Below the pieces are notes generated by a model that saw only the letters and a program-made list of their open reading frames with translations, was not told the DNA's origin and made no database searches. The translations under genes and the position numbers were made by a program. DNA of 64,000 bases, taken from a virus. The DNA lies in the UHGV virus genome UHGV-0197549; one strand, given 5' to 3'. Of this stretch, positions 1 to 9,847 are shown in pieces (position 1 is the stretch's first letter; each line of letters starts with the position of its first letter).

Positions 1-70
1 CCCCTTTGAACCACCGGTGGGTATTGTAGTTCCCTTTGCGCAAGAACTCAATATCTGCCATGTGCATCAT
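1..70 (-). CDS. partial hypothetical protein (N-terminal part; continues past window start)
   Basis: minus-strand ATG at complement of 68-70 (MMHMADIEFLRKGNYNTHRWFKG...) stays open to position 1; truncated so absent from ORF track. Confidence 0.2.
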   Translation of the reverse strand, partial: MMHMADIEFLRKGNYNTHRWFKG

Positions 71-204
71 AAAATAAACGGCCTCGTTGCTCATCAAATA
101 AGCAAATTTGGGATAGCCTTTTATAAAACGTATTGTTTTTTCTGTTGTCATTTTCTTATTGTCATTTAATTAAGTTTGAAACCATGTTATTCGTTTTTAG
201 TTAT

Positions 205-426
205 TTAGATTTCCTTCCTTTTGGTTCTGATTAAGTGCGACTGCCTGATTATTGCCCGTCTGGTAGGAATGCAGCTTCCTTCACCCAACCCCGAATGAAG
301 TAATGTACTTTCCTTTATACCGACAATATTCTCATCCAGCGTATCATAAATAGCGGATATGCTGCCGAAATAATAATCCCGCTTCTCAAAAATCAGATGC
401 ACGTGTATGACCTTTATTATCCTCAT
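205..426 (-). CDS. small hypothetical protein
   Basis: 73-aa ORF co-oriented with minus-strand early cluster; no motif recognised. Confidence 0.25.
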   Translation of the reverse strand: MRIIKVIHVHLIFEKRDYYFGSISAIYDTLDENIVGIKESTLLHSGLGEGSCIPTRRAIIRQSHLIRTKRKEI

Positions 427-485
427 CTTTTCTTGATTGAGCAGCTAATTGGAAAAAATATTTTCGCGAAACTTCCAAATAGCAG

Positions 486-833
486 CTATTTGGTGATTTC
501 CCCTCTCATTATCTCCTTAACTCTGGCACCACACCATTCACCCGCTTCGGGAGAGAGCCACGCGGCATACGCCACCGCCACTTCCGAATACATCCACGTA
601 CCGTTAATGACACCGCCCCGGCGTACGATGACAAGCGATTCCATGCGTATCCTCCTTGTTCCGGAAACCTGCCTGACAAGCTCCTTCGCCTTTTGGGTAG
701 CCAGCCAGCGGCACGGTTGCCAGGCTCTGCCGAAGGTTTTGCCTATTTCACTGACGCATACCAGCACGGTTCTTTCACCGACCACCATCGGGACCCGTGT
801 CCCGTTGAAGTCCAATATCCTTAGTTCAGCCAT
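486..833 (-). CDS. KilA-N domain protein
   Basis: 115 aa; RVPMVVGERTVLVCVSEI ... GTWMYSEVAVAYAAWLSPE resembles the KilA-N DNA-binding domain (GTW..P..A...A.WLSPEF). Confidence 0.55.
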   Translation of the reverse strand: MAELRILDFNGTRVPMVVGERTVLVCVSEIGKTFGRAWQPCRWLATQKAKELVRQVSGTRRIRMESLVIVRRGGVINGTWMYSEVAVAYAAWLSPEAGEWCGARVKEIMRGEITK

Positions 834-836
834 GGT

Positions 837-1190
837 CTAATCACATGATATGGTTCCGTCACTGATAAGTTCGTTCAGCTTTTCCGCGAACCAGTTCGCC
901 AATCTTTCGTTTGCCCATCTCAGGTATTCCATCGCCACAAAGGCTTCGAGCCATAGTTCGATTGACCCGTCCACCTTGCGTACCTCATGAATGAGCTTGT
1001 CCGGCCTGCATCCCATCTGTTTGCAGGTAAGGTCAAGAAATTCCTTCACGCTTCTCTTGTTCATCCATACTTTCGGCTGCACATCCTTTCTTAATGATTC
1101 AGCCACCTTTGCCACGTCCAGCATCAGCTTGTTATCTTCGATGTCCATTTCAAAACGGACACCGTTGTCTTCTATCAAATTCAGTTTCAT
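837..1190 (-). CDS. hypothetical protein
   Basis: 117-aa ORF packed head-to-tail with neighbours on minus strand. Confidence 0.4.
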   Translation of the reverse strand: MKLNLIEDNGVRFEMDIEDNKLMLDVAKVAESLRKDVQPKVWMNKRSVKEFLDLTCKQMGCRPDKLIHEVRKVDGSIELWLEAFVAMEYLRWANERLANWFAEKLNELISDGTISCD

Positions 1191-1260
1191 ATTCCTATAT
1201 ATATAATGTGTTGATAATAGGATACCCCGCAGCCCTTAAAAGACCACAGGGTACCCTTGT

Positions 1261-1728
1261 TTATTTCCCGATGATGCCGAACTTATCGAATATCCTTAAA
1301 ATCAAGGGTACATTCTTCCCGTTCAGCCATTCACGGGCTACGTTCCAGGCAAGCGACTTTGAAAAGTCGAAGCTCTCTTCCGTCAGGGTATGATGGGAAA
1401 GCCGCCCTTCCGTCGGCTTGAGTCCCCGGTCATGCAATTCACAAAGCCCGTCCTGAAAGAAGACACAGCCGTCTGAGGTATGTATCACCTGTACCATGGG
1501 AATGGGAAACGGCAACTTTCCCACTGCCATTCCCACGCACCATGCGGTCACTGCCAGCTTGTCCTCATATCCGGCTTCGATCAGCGCCCAGATGTCCTGC
1601 GGCGTACCCAGGCATGGAGCACGCTTGCATTGGTTCCGGCAGGAAGCGCAGCGGCAAGCCACGGGTTCACGTCCGGTTATCCGGATGATTTTCTCCGTCG
1701 TTGTTTCCGATATATCATTCATAGCCAT
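1261..1728 (-). CDS. hypothetical Cys-rich protein
   Basis: 155 aa; CRCASCRNQCKRAPC cysteine cluster suggests metal binding; no family recognised. Confidence 0.4.
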   Translation of the reverse strand: MAMNDISETTTEKIIRITGREPVACRCASCRNQCKRAPCLGTPQDIWALIEAGYEDKLAVTAWCVGMAVGKLPFPIPMVQVIHTSDGCVFFQDGLCELHDRGLKPTEGRLSHHTLTEESFDFSKSLAWNVAREWLNGKNVPLILRIFDKFGIIGK

Positions 1729-2844
1729 TTATTTAAGATGTTTCCTGTTCCAAAGCTCGATGATAAACTCCCGTCCGTCCTGTGTCCAGCGGCGTGCACC
1801 ACCCATCTTGTACGACTTACCCTTGGCATTCGTCCAATAGTACGGTACTTCACACTGGAGTGCGGAGTGGAACCCCGGTACTACCCATTGTCCTTTCTCC
1901 TTGCGGATAATCCCTTCATCCTCAAGGAACCGGTTGAGCATACTGGGTGTCACCTGCAACTCATCGGCAATAGTAGTTGTCTTGAACCAGTCACGGTCTT
2001 CGATGAAACGGTTGTAGAACTCCACCTTGTGCCGGCTCTCCGCCAGTTGTTTCTGCTGGTTGGCAGCGAGCAACAGGGCTTCCTCGAAAGTCTTTGGAAC
2101 CGGGAAGTTCTCCGCAGGCACATCGGTCTGTTCACCATGTGGATGATGAGCGGACGGTGCTTCATGCAGTGAAACGGCTCCATGTGTCATCAGGTCACCG
2201 ATACGCTCGTTGCACCAGATAGAGAACTCCGGGGATAGCTCCCGGGCATATTCGACGGCCAGCTCTTCCTGCATCCATGTCCCGCCGGCTGTTCCCCGGT
2301 TGGTAATCACCTGTTCATCCAGAGAAACTGACTTCCCTTCATTGACAAGGGAGTGGCGGAAGCGTTTCGTGGAAGCCTTATGCAACCATTCAGCCGGCTG
2401 TACGTCGAAGCATCTTGCCATGTTGGTGGCATTTATCATCGCCTTGCCGTTCGCCGTCTTGAAGGTTACCGGGTGATCCCCGTAGTTGAACACCACCGGC
2501 ACCTCTTTCAGAACAGCTTCGATATCACTGTTCAGTCTGCCTGCCCATGTCTCCAGTTCCCCGCAAAGCTTTCTCATCTGCGAGTTTTCCTTCTTCACCA
2601 GATGCACGAGCTTGCGTATGTCACGGGGGACGATAGCCCACAGCGGCTTGACACCCGTCAGGAAGACAATCTTCGTAGCGGACGGGCACAGGCTCATTGC
2701 CTCCTTCGTCTCCATCATAACGGGACGCTTGATAATCTTGCACAGGTCATACAGGCAAAGCCAGACACGCCCGTCTTCTCTCGTTATTCTGACGGGGCGG
2801 TTTTTGAACTCAACCTCGTCGTATTTCAGTTGTTTGTCATTCAT
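1729..2844 (-). CDS. phage antirepressor (Bro-N / KilA-N / KilAC domains)
   Basis: 371 aa; N-term VRITREDGRVWLCLYDLCKII (Bro-N-like), middle GGTWMQEELAVEYARELSPEFSIWCNERI (KilA-N), C-term PVPKTFEEALLLAANQQKQLAESRHKVEFYNRFI...TIADELQVTPSMLNRFL (KilAC). Confidence 0.7.
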   Translation of the reverse strand: MNDKQLKYDEVEFKNRPVRITREDGRVWLCLYDLCKIIKRPVMMETKEAMSLCPSATKIVFLTGVKPLWAIVPRDIRKLVHLVKKENSQMRKLCGELETWAGRLNSDIEAVLKEVPVVFNYGDHPVTFKTANGKAMINATNMARCFDVQPAEWLHKASTKRFRHSLVNEGKSVSLDEQVITNRGTAGGTWMQEELAVEYARELSPEFSIWCNERIGDLMTHGAVSLHEAPSAHHPHGEQTDVPAENFPVPKTFEEALLLAANQQKQLAESRHKVEFYNRFIEDRDWFKTTTIADELQVTPSMLNRFLEDEGIIRKEKGQWVVPGFHSALQCEVPYYWTNAKGKSYKMGGARRWTQDGREFIIELWNRKHLK

Positions 2845-3200
2845 TTCTTTTGTCCTTTCTTCTTTGGTTTGGGGGGATTTAGTTTATCTGCAATGGCCTG
2901 ATATTTTTTCGCCATCACTTTACGGCTGTGATAAGTTCTTTTCTCACCGCACAGTTTGTCATACTCGGTCAGCCTAAGATTATTCCAGTCTTCCTCTTCC
3001 AGCTTGACGTTACTGTTTTCGCGTCTGTAATAAAAACCTCCTGCGGAGATATACTTGCCTGAACAGGCGAACGAAACTGACTGTGGCTTGACGAAACTTA
3101 ATTTGGACGCAGCCTGCATGGAGCCGACTCTGGACACAAATCTTCCGGTCCCGTCGAAAATCAGCACTCTTTGAGCAGACTTAAACGAGTTATTACTCAT
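2841..3200 (-). CDS. hypothetical protein
   Basis: 119 aa, lysine-rich C-terminus (PPKPKKKGQKK); 4-nt overlap with upstream gene. Confidence 0.4.
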   Translation of the reverse strand: MSNNSFKSAQRVLIFDGTGRFVSRVGSMQAASKLSFVKPQSVSFACSGKYISAGGFYYRRENSNVKLEEEDWNNLRLTEYDKLCGEKRTYHSRKVMAKKYQAIADKLNPPKPKKKGQKK

Positions 3201-3216
3201 TTTCTTTTCTATTAAA

Positions 3217-3633
3217 TTATAGTTGTTCCTTCGATAATCGGTCCTTAGCCATCAGGATTAAGAAGGTATCCGATAGGACGATACCCCTGAGTAACATGTC
3301 TGACATACGCTCCATCATATACACCCCGAAGGCGGGGTCGATGTAAGCGACGAACAGCAGGGCTAAGGCATAATCAATTAATTGGTGCCCGTTCGGGGCG
3401 GTGATGAACATATCTTCATCGGAAAGTGAATATGCGTCACGGACGGCATCAATCCAATGTGCGAACGCCATCCTGAAACCTTGTACGGAGTGTACGCCGG
3501 GATCGCCTTTGTTCTTGATGTAAAGAAACGCGTCAAAATACTCGCATCCGTCTCCCCGCACCGTAAACAACAGTTCGGGAAATTCCCGGTAGCGAATTTC
3601 ATACCGGGAAAAGTCTGATTTTACATTACTCAT
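3217..3633 (-). CDS. hypothetical protein
   Basis: 138-aa ORF, first gene of minus-strand cluster next to divergent intergenic region. Confidence 0.4.
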   Translation of the reverse strand: MSNVKSDFSRYEIRYREFPELLFTVRGDGCEYFDAFLYIKNKGDPGVHSVQGFRMAFAHWIDAVRDAYSLSDEDMFITAPNGHQLIDYALALLFVAYIDPAFGVYMMERMSDMLLRGIVLSDTFLILMAKDRLSKEQL

Positions 3634-3897
3634 AATTGTTAAAATTATTATTAAAAAATAACATCCTACAAATATATCTCTTTACCCGCTAAAAAAATCA
3701 CCTTATAAATTGCCGGATTCTGATTACAAAGGTATTTTAAGCGATATTTCCGGACTTTCAAACGCCATTTTCACATCTTATTTACTGTAAATATTATTTT
3801 TCACTTAAAACATTGATTTACCTGTCGTATTTACGAAATCTGCCTATCAATACTCATTTTGTAAAGAAAACTTTCAAAACGGTTCTTCCCCTATACC
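3634..3897. promoter_or_regulatory. AT-rich divergent intergenic region (likely promoters for minus-strand early cluster and plus-strand portal operon)
   Basis: 264 nt non-coding, AT-rich, flanked by divergently oriented genes; no individual promoter hexamers confidently assigned. Confidence 0.4.
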
Positions 3898-5238
3898 TTG
3901 TTAAATAACTCTAAATCTATGCATGTAAACACAGAAGGCTCGTTTAACCGCGAGTTATTGGAAAGCATCTTCCGCACCTCGAAGAAAACCATTCAGGAAT
4001 ATGTGCGCGAAATCGAGCGCAACAACCGGTACAAGTCCGTCCGGGGAAACGTGGTGCAGGGCACGGTGCTGGATGACCGCAGTCGTTTGATTGACCTTTA
4101 CGACGCCTGCCTGCAACAGGACGCCCATATCCGCTCGGTACTGGAAACGCTGGAGTCGCAAATCCTCGGCGACCGCTATATGCTGGCCCGCATGAATGAA
4201 AAAGGAAAGTACGTCAAGGACGTGGAAGAGACACGTAAAATCCAGGGCACCCAGTTCGACAAGATCATCCGGGGCATCGTGGAAGCCAAACTCTACGGCT
4301 ACACCTTGCTTGAAATCATGCCGGAGGTTGATTCCCGCACGGGAAAGCTGGCGGAGGTGAACATCGTCGAGAGACGTAATGTGCTTCCGGAGCAACGTAC
4401 GGTCGTCAAGCGCCAGGGTATCTGGCTCCCGAACTGGAACCTGGACTCCAAGACCTACCGGAGAAACTACATCCTTATCAACTCCGGGGATTTAGGGCTG
4501 TTCTCGGCAACTACGCCCCTGATACTTGCCAAGAAGTTCACCGTGGCGAACTACGTGAATTTCAGCCACACCTACGGGCAGCCTATCATTGTAGGAAAGA
4601 GTGTGTCGGAAAGCAACACCGACCGCAAGAGGCTTGCGAATGAGATAGCCAATGCCGCCCAGAACAAGGTCGTCGTTACAGGGTTGGAAGACGAAATCGA
4701 AATCAAGGCTTTCACCATGTCCAACTCAGAGAAGATTTACACCAGCCTGATTGAGTTTGTCAATAAAGAGGTAGCCAATCTAATTCTGGGTTCTGAATCC
4801 ATGGCGGGCGGGATGCAGAGCTATGTCGGTTCCACCAAGGCGCATCAGGATATTTTCCGGGAGCGCATCGAGGTATACCGCCGCTACATCGAAAACATAT
4901 TCAACGAAGAGGTGTTGCCGCGCCTGGTGGCAATGGGCTATATCAGGGACGGACTGGAGTTCAAGTACTCCAACCGCATCGAGATGAACAATGAGGACCG
5001 TATCAAGCTCTACGGGCTGATTACCGACAAGTACGAGGTGGCTCCGGACGAAATAGAGAAAGAGTTCGGCATCATCGTGGGCAAACAACTGAACCTGCTG
5101 GAAATGGATATGGGAATGGACAAGGAGAAGAAAGGCAATACCCACGACAGGCACATCATGTCCGAGGAAGAGTATTATCGCAGGTACGGTCACGGGCGGA
5201 GCAGCAACGTGGCGTCTTTTCTGATGGGGAGCGACTAA
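3898..5238 (+). CDS. portal protein (Mu gp29-like / DUF935 type)
   Basis: 446 aa, first gene of morphogenesis operon, immediately followed by Mu-F-like protein; size and position typical of DUF935 portals. Confidence 0.65.
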   Translation: MLNNSKSMHVNTEGSFNRELLESIFRTSKKTIQEYVREIERNNRYKSVRGNVVQGTVLDDRSRLIDLYDACLQQDAHIRSVLETLESQILGDRYMLARMNEKGKYVKDVEETRKIQGTQFDKIIRGIVEAKLYGYTLLEIMPEVDSRTGKLAEVNIVERRNVLPEQRTVVKRQGIWLPNWNLDSKTYRRNYILINSGDLGLFSATTPLILAKKFTVANYVNFSHTYGQPIIVGKSVSESNTDRKRLANEIANAAQNKVVVTGLEDEIEIKAFTMSNSEKIYTSLIEFVNKEVANLILGSESMAGGMQSYVGSTKAHQDIFRERIEVYRRYIENIFNEEVLPRLVAMGYIRDGLEFKYSNRIEMNNEDRIKLYGLITDKYEVAPDEIEKEFGIIVGKQLNLLEMDMGMDKEKKGNTHDRHIMSEEEYYRRYGHGRSSNVASFLMGSD

Positions 5239-5258
5239 GCGGGAACCCGCTCCCCGAC

Positions 5259-6086
5259 ATGGAGAACGTATCCGCCGCCCGGACCCGGTTGAAAGAAGAC
5301 GGGGCAAAGGAGGAATACCCGCTTGTCCTTGCCGCCTTCCGCCGCCTGATGGACTCGCTGGAAGACAGCGCCGAATCATGGCATATCATGGAAGAAATCA
5401 TCCTACTGCGTACCGCTTCCCTTTATTCCCGTGTACTGGAAGGTCTGAAAATGGACTTTGACACAGCGCTGGAACTATTGAGGAACCATAACGACTTCAC
5501 CACTTTACGGGAAAAAGAGGAACGGGACATATTGGTAGCCGCCATCGACAACCTCGTGGAGTTTGCCGCCGCAGAAGAATATGCCATGATGGATGATGTC
5601 CGGGAACATTCGGAAGATGAAGGCTTTGAGGATTACGAAGGCATCTGTGAAAAGTATAACCTGACGTATGGGGAAACGGAAAACGAACAGGTGTTGTATG
5701 CCGCCGGGATAACCGGATGGTGGATAAACCGGTCTTCCGATACATTGATTACCTATATGACACAGGGTGACGAGCGTGTAAGGGACTCTCATCAGGCCCT
5801 CGAAGGACTTACCTTCACTAAAAGCAACTTCCCTTCAGACCTTATCCCGCCTATTGACTGGAGATGCCGGTGCTACCTGCTTTCAGACGGTAATGAAGCT
5901 TTCATTTCCGCTTCCCTGAAAACTGATTACCGAAAGAAGGTGAATCCGGTCTTTGCGGAAAGCCTGGCGATGAAAGGCAGAATCTTCTCGGAAGCCCACC
6001 CTTATTTTACTTCCGCCTTCAGAAAGAACCGGAAGGTGCAGACAATCATACGAAAACTAAAAAACAAACTCCTATGTCGGAAATAA
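5259..6086 (+). CDS. head morphogenesis protein (Mu gpF / SPP1 gp7 family)
   Basis: 275 aa; TYMTQGDERVRDSHQALEGLTF ... PPIDWRCRCYL matches Phage_Mu_F conserved core (TQGD.RVR..H; NCRC). Confidence 0.75.
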   Translation: MENVSAARTRLKEDGAKEEYPLVLAAFRRLMDSLEDSAESWHIMEEIILLRTASLYSRVLEGLKMDFDTALELLRNHNDFTTLREKEERDILVAAIDNLVEFAAAEEYAMMDDVREHSEDEGFEDYEGICEKYNLTYGETENEQVLYAAGITGWWINRSSDTLITYMTQGDERVRDSHQALEGLTFTKSNFPSDLIPPIDWRCRCYLLSDGNEAFISASLKTDYRKKVNPVFAESLAMKGRIFSEAHPYFTSAFRKNRKVQTIIRKLKNKLLCRK

Positions 6087-6643
6087 GCCTTGCAGAATTT
6101 TGTGCGCAGTGGGTCCCGGCGCCCGGCAGACAATCCCTGACGAGCCGGTTGGCTTACAACGCTTCGGAGTTCGCCACCACAGCCGGTGCCTTCTCCCGGC
6201 GTTTCTTCCGGATGTCCTTCGCGCAGGGTGGGTTCTATGCCAGCGGCAACTGTTGGCAGACACGTACCTCCAAATGGGGCAAGAAATTCACCCACCCCGT
6301 TATGATTGACACGGGCAAGCTGAAAGGCGGTATCAAGGACGTTTTGATAGACAAAGACCACGGCTCCCTGATGAAGATGCATGAGTTCGGCTTCAAAAGG
6401 CAGTATGTTTATGAGATTAAAACCGATGAAGAAAGCTTCGTGGAGAAAGGAAAGAGAGGGCGCAACAGTAAGGGCAAAGGGTATGCGGCCATTCACAACA
6501 CCGATGAGAAGCTCACCCCTTATACCGTGAACCAATACTCCACCCGCAAGCCCGTCCAGCGGCAGTTCATCGGTTTTTCCGACAGGCTGGATGACTATAT
6601 CCATGAACATTACGTATCTATCATCTTCAAGAAATTCCCATGA
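6074..6643 (+). CDS. hypothetical virion protein
   Basis: 189 aa between head morphogenesis and protease genes; overlaps upstream gene by 13 nt. Confidence 0.4.
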   Translation: MSEISLAEFCAQWVPAPGRQSLTSRLAYNASEFATTAGAFSRRFFRMSFAQGGFYASGNCWQTRTSKWGKKFTHPVMIDTGKLKGGIKDVLIDKDHGSLMKMHEFGFKRQYVYEIKTDEESFVEKGKRGRNSKGKGYAAIHNTDEKLTPYTVNQYSTRKPVQRQFIGFSDRLDDYIHEHYVSIIFKKFP

Positions 6644-7347
6644 TAAAAGACAAAGAAACCAAGAAAGACACCACAGAGGTTATTTCCGTCGGAAAAGAGG
6701 TCATTATACCGGAAGAGGTATCGGAAAACCCTTTTGTGAACATGTACGAGGCGGTACGCCGGACTTTGCTCACTCTGCGTGAGAACCCGGAAAACCCTTT
6801 GACTCCCCCTTACTTCAAGACAATCCGGATGGACAACGGGCAGTTTGAACGGATCATCCGCTCGGACAATATGGAATACGAGACGGCGTTCCCGGCTGTA
6901 TTCATCCATTTTACCAACGTCCGCTATCTGGTGCAACAGCAACGGCTCGGGGAAGGCAGGGCGACGATGCGTATCCGGTTCATCCTGAATAACCTGAACA
7001 ACGGCGATGACGGGATGGAGTGCGAGCCCTTCCGGGTCTTCCAGCGTATCAACGTGGCTATCCAGGACGCTAAAAGTTACGAGCCTGCCCTGAACGAACG
7101 TTGCAACCTCCTGTACTTCGATATGCCTACCACCTCGAATATGCTGCAAGCCTACTGGGTGGATTACGAAGTGTGGTTCAGGGAATCTTCCGCCTGGAAA
7201 TACCGCAAATGGGTGGAGAGGTACGTAGTCATGCCGCCATTCACCAACCACGATGACGCACCGAAGCACGATGAAGAGAACCACGGTAACCACAAGGCAC
7301 CCGGCTACGGCGAGGTTTCCGGCTTTACAGGTGCCGGTGAAGGGTAG
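6640..7347 (+). CDS. hypothetical virion protein
   Basis: 235 aa; ATGA overlap with previous gene. Confidence 0.4.
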   Translation: MIKDKETKKDTTEVISVGKEVIIPEEVSENPFVNMYEAVRRTLLTLRENPENPLTPPYFKTIRMDNGQFERIIRSDNMEYETAFPAVFIHFTNVRYLVQQQRLGEGRATMRIRFILNNLNNGDDGMECEPFRVFQRINVAIQDAKSYEPALNERCNLLYFDMPTTSNMLQAYWVDYEVWFRESSAWKYRKWVERYVVMPPFTNHDDAPKHDEENHGNHKAPGYGEVSGFTGAGEG

Positions 7348-7426
7348 GAAAACAGAAAATAAACTCTTTGTGCCTAATACTCCTATACTTGGAAAAAGCC
7401 TAACTAAACCGACCTTAACCTGAACT

Positions 7427-8665
7427 ATGAATATCAACGACCTTCAACTTGTTACCGGAGAAGCCAGGCCCGGCGAGGCGGCATCCATCCGGTTCTTCGG
7501 CAAGGTGACCGCCCAGTCCACGGCGCGGTTCAATGAAGAGTTCGAGTACCTCGAAACGGTCATCCGCCCGTCGCTTATCAGAGTGCTGATTAACAGCGAG
7601 GGCGGCTCCGTTTTGCACGGCATGACAACTTACGCGACCATCCAGAACTCCACCATAGACACCGAGTGTGTCATCGAGGGCATGGCGGCGAGCATGGGCT
7701 CGGTACTCTGGGCAGCCGGAAAACGCTCCCTGATGCGCGACTACTCCATCCTGATGATACACAATCCCTTCTTGCCGTCAGCGGAAGAAGGGGAAGCCTC
7801 GGAGCTTGTCAAAGCGTTCACCCGGCAGATTGAAACGATTTACCGCAAACGTTTTTCCCTGACTGCCGAACAAGTGCAAAGTATCATGGCGGGGGAAACC
7901 GGGAAGGACGGTACCTACTTTGATGCATCACTGGCAGTCAGTGCCGGTATCATACCGGAAAAGAACATCCTGCACACCAGCCCCCAACTCTGTGAGATGG
8001 TAAAGAACAGCATTTCGGGACTGGAAGATGCAGGCGATATACAGAATGTAATGAGCAAAATAACCGCAGAAGCCGGTAACCATCCTACTCCTGCACAACA
8101 GAACATTAACCTGAATACTATGAACGAAGAAAGAACCATTCCTTTTGAACTGGGTGCGGTGGCGGCAAGCCTGGGCATCAAGGACAAATTCGAGGTAACG
8201 GATGTCATGTCGCGTATCTCCGCGCTGATGAACGTGGAGGCGTCCCTTACCGAAGCCAACCGTAAACTGACGGACGCGCAGACAGTGATTGCCGGCAAGG
8301 ACGCCAGCATCGGCAACCTGCAAAAAGACCTGGCCGAGACGGTAGCCAAACTGAGCGTATTTGAAAAGAAAGAGGCCGATGAAAAGAAAGCGCGTATCGA
8401 CAAGCTTGTCGAAGATGCCGTCACAGCGGGCAAGATTGAAAAAGAGAACAAGGAGCAATGGGTGGAAATGGCGGGCTCCAATTACGAACTGGCCGAAAAG
8501 ACACTGGCATCCATCCCCGCCCGTGAGAAGATCACCCATGAGATTGCCACCGACCCGGACAATGTGCAGGCAGCCAGGACGGCAGCCAGGACGGCAGAAG
8601 AGAAGATGGCGGAAAAAGTGAACGCCGTTGTCGGTGAGAGCTTCGAGTTCAAGAAGATGTCCTGA
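7427..8665 (+). CDS. prohead protease (ClpP/S14 family) fused to coiled-coil scaffolding domain
   Basis: 412 aa; INSEGGSVLHGMTTYATIQN ... EGMAASMGSVLWAAG ... MIHNP = ClpP Ser/His motifs; C-terminal 200 aa charged/coiled-coil (scaffold-like). Confidence 0.8.
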   Translation: MNINDLQLVTGEARPGEAASIRFFGKVTAQSTARFNEEFEYLETVIRPSLIRVLINSEGGSVLHGMTTYATIQNSTIDTECVIEGMAASMGSVLWAAGKRSLMRDYSILMIHNPFLPSAEEGEASELVKAFTRQIETIYRKRFSLTAEQVQSIMAGETGKDGTYFDASLAVSAGIIPEKNILHTSPQLCEMVKNSISGLEDAGDIQNVMSKITAEAGNHPTPAQQNINLNTMNEERTIPFELGAVAASLGIKDKFEVTDVMSRISALMNVEASLTEANRKLTDAQTVIAGKDASIGNLQKDLAETVAKLSVFEKKEADEKKARIDKLVEDAVTAGKIEKENKEQWVEMAGSNYELAEKTLASIPAREKITHEIATDPDNVQAARTAARTAEEKMAEKVNAVVGESFEFKKMS

Positions 8666-8680
8666 CAACCCATTATCCCA

Positions 8681-8699
8681 TTAACCTAAACCTTAAAAC
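8681..8699 (+). promoter_or_regulatory. upstream motif instance TTAACCTAAACCTTAAAAC
   Basis: member of recurrent AACCTWAAACC family 8-27 nt before ATG of late genes (see findings). Confidence 0.3.
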
Positions 8700-8707
8700 T
8701 ATAAAAC

Positions 8708-9772
8708 ATGGCAGAAGCAGCTAATACGGTTTCCTTTCTCCAGAACGGCTATAACGGTGAAGTCCTTGAAGACTTGCTCACTTATACCGCGCAGGGAAAC
8801 GACACCTTTAAAGAAGGACTGATTCATATTAAGTCAGGCATCCAGCACAAATACACCTTGCCGGCCATCCGTCTGGGCGATATCATCCAGGACAACGTTC
8901 CCACCCCCACCAGCAGCCACGGTGCCAAAGGCGAAAACGGAGAAAACGAGTACGAATTTACAGAGCGCTACCTGATTCCGCAGGATTTCATGGTGTACCT
9001 CGAATTTAACCCCCGCGACTACGAGAAGTATTGGAAATTCGCACAACCCGAAGGCAACCTCGTCTTCCGTGAGCTCGACCCGAAGATTCAGGCCACGATG
9101 TTGCGTTTGCTAATGGACAAGAAAAATGAGTATATCGGCAATGCTATCTGGACCAGCGCCAAGGGAGGTTCAGCGGCAGCGGGGATTACATGTCCGGCAG
9201 ATTCCATCATCATCGGCAGGAACAAGGAGAAGTACTTTGACGGAGTGGTCAAGCGCATCATCGACAACATCAACGCCACTGACAGGGAAACCATCGCGGG
9301 TGGTCAGTGTGTGCTTGCAGGCAATACCGAACTTCCGGACGGGGCAGCCGTGGAAAAGGCACTTTACGGTATGTGGAAGAAATGTCCCAAGCAAATCCGC
9401 AAGAAAGCCGGACTTACATTCGTAATGAATTTCGAGCAGTGGGACGCATACGACCAGTATGTCAGTGACAAGATGGTGAAGTACTCCGAAAATACGGAAA
9501 TCAACCGCTACCGCTTCAAAGGAAAACGCATCCTTCCGCTGGTAGGCATCCCCGAGCATACGATTGTCCTAGGTGAATTTACCACCGGCATGGACTCTAA
9601 CCTCTGGATGGGCGTGGATTACGCAAACGACACGGAAGTGCTGAAAGTGGACCGCCTGCAAAGCAACTCGGAGCTGTTCTTCTTCCAGATGCGTATGAAA
9701 ATGGACGTGAATATCGTCCGTCCCGCTGAAATCGTGGTACACACCGCTTACAAGAAGGCACCCACCACCTGA
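8708..9772 (+). CDS. major capsid protein (putative)
   Basis: 354 aa directly after protease-scaffold gene; followed by strong terminator. Confidence 0.6.
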   Translation: MAEAANTVSFLQNGYNGEVLEDLLTYTAQGNDTFKEGLIHIKSGIQHKYTLPAIRLGDIIQDNVPTPTSSHGAKGENGENEYEFTERYLIPQDFMVYLEFNPRDYEKYWKFAQPEGNLVFRELDPKIQATMLRLLMDKKNEYIGNAIWTSAKGGSAAAGITCPADSIIIGRNKEKYFDGVVKRIIDNINATDRETIAGGQCVLAGNTELPDGAAVEKALYGMWKKCPKQIRKKAGLTFVMNFEQWDAYDQYVSDKMVKYSENTEINRYRFKGKRILPLVGIPEHTIVLGEFTTGMDSNLWMGVDYANDTEVLKVDRLQSNSELFFFQMRMKMDVNIVRPAEIVVHTAYKKAPTT

Positions 9773-9795
9773 CAACCTTACTCTTAACTCTATGG

Positions 9796-9829
9796 CAGGG
9801 GAATAGGAATGACCTGTTCCCCTTTTTTA
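9796..9829 (+). terminator. rho-independent terminator after capsid gene
   Basis: AGGGGAA (9797-9803) / TTCCCCT (9817-9823) perfect 7-bp stem, 13-nt loop, then TTTTTT. Confidence 0.6.
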
Positions 9830-9830
9830 A

Positions 9831-9847
9831 AACCTTAAACCTTACCC
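9831..9847 (+). promoter_or_regulatory. upstream motif instance AACCTTAAACCTTACCC
   Basis: recurrent motif immediately upstream of ATG 9848. Confidence 0.3.

Noticed and set aside
397-840. 147-aa plus-strand ORF overlapping the KilA-N gene
   Set aside because: Antisense to an ORF with a recognisable KilA-N motif; Pro/Ser/Thr-rich nonsense-like sequence.
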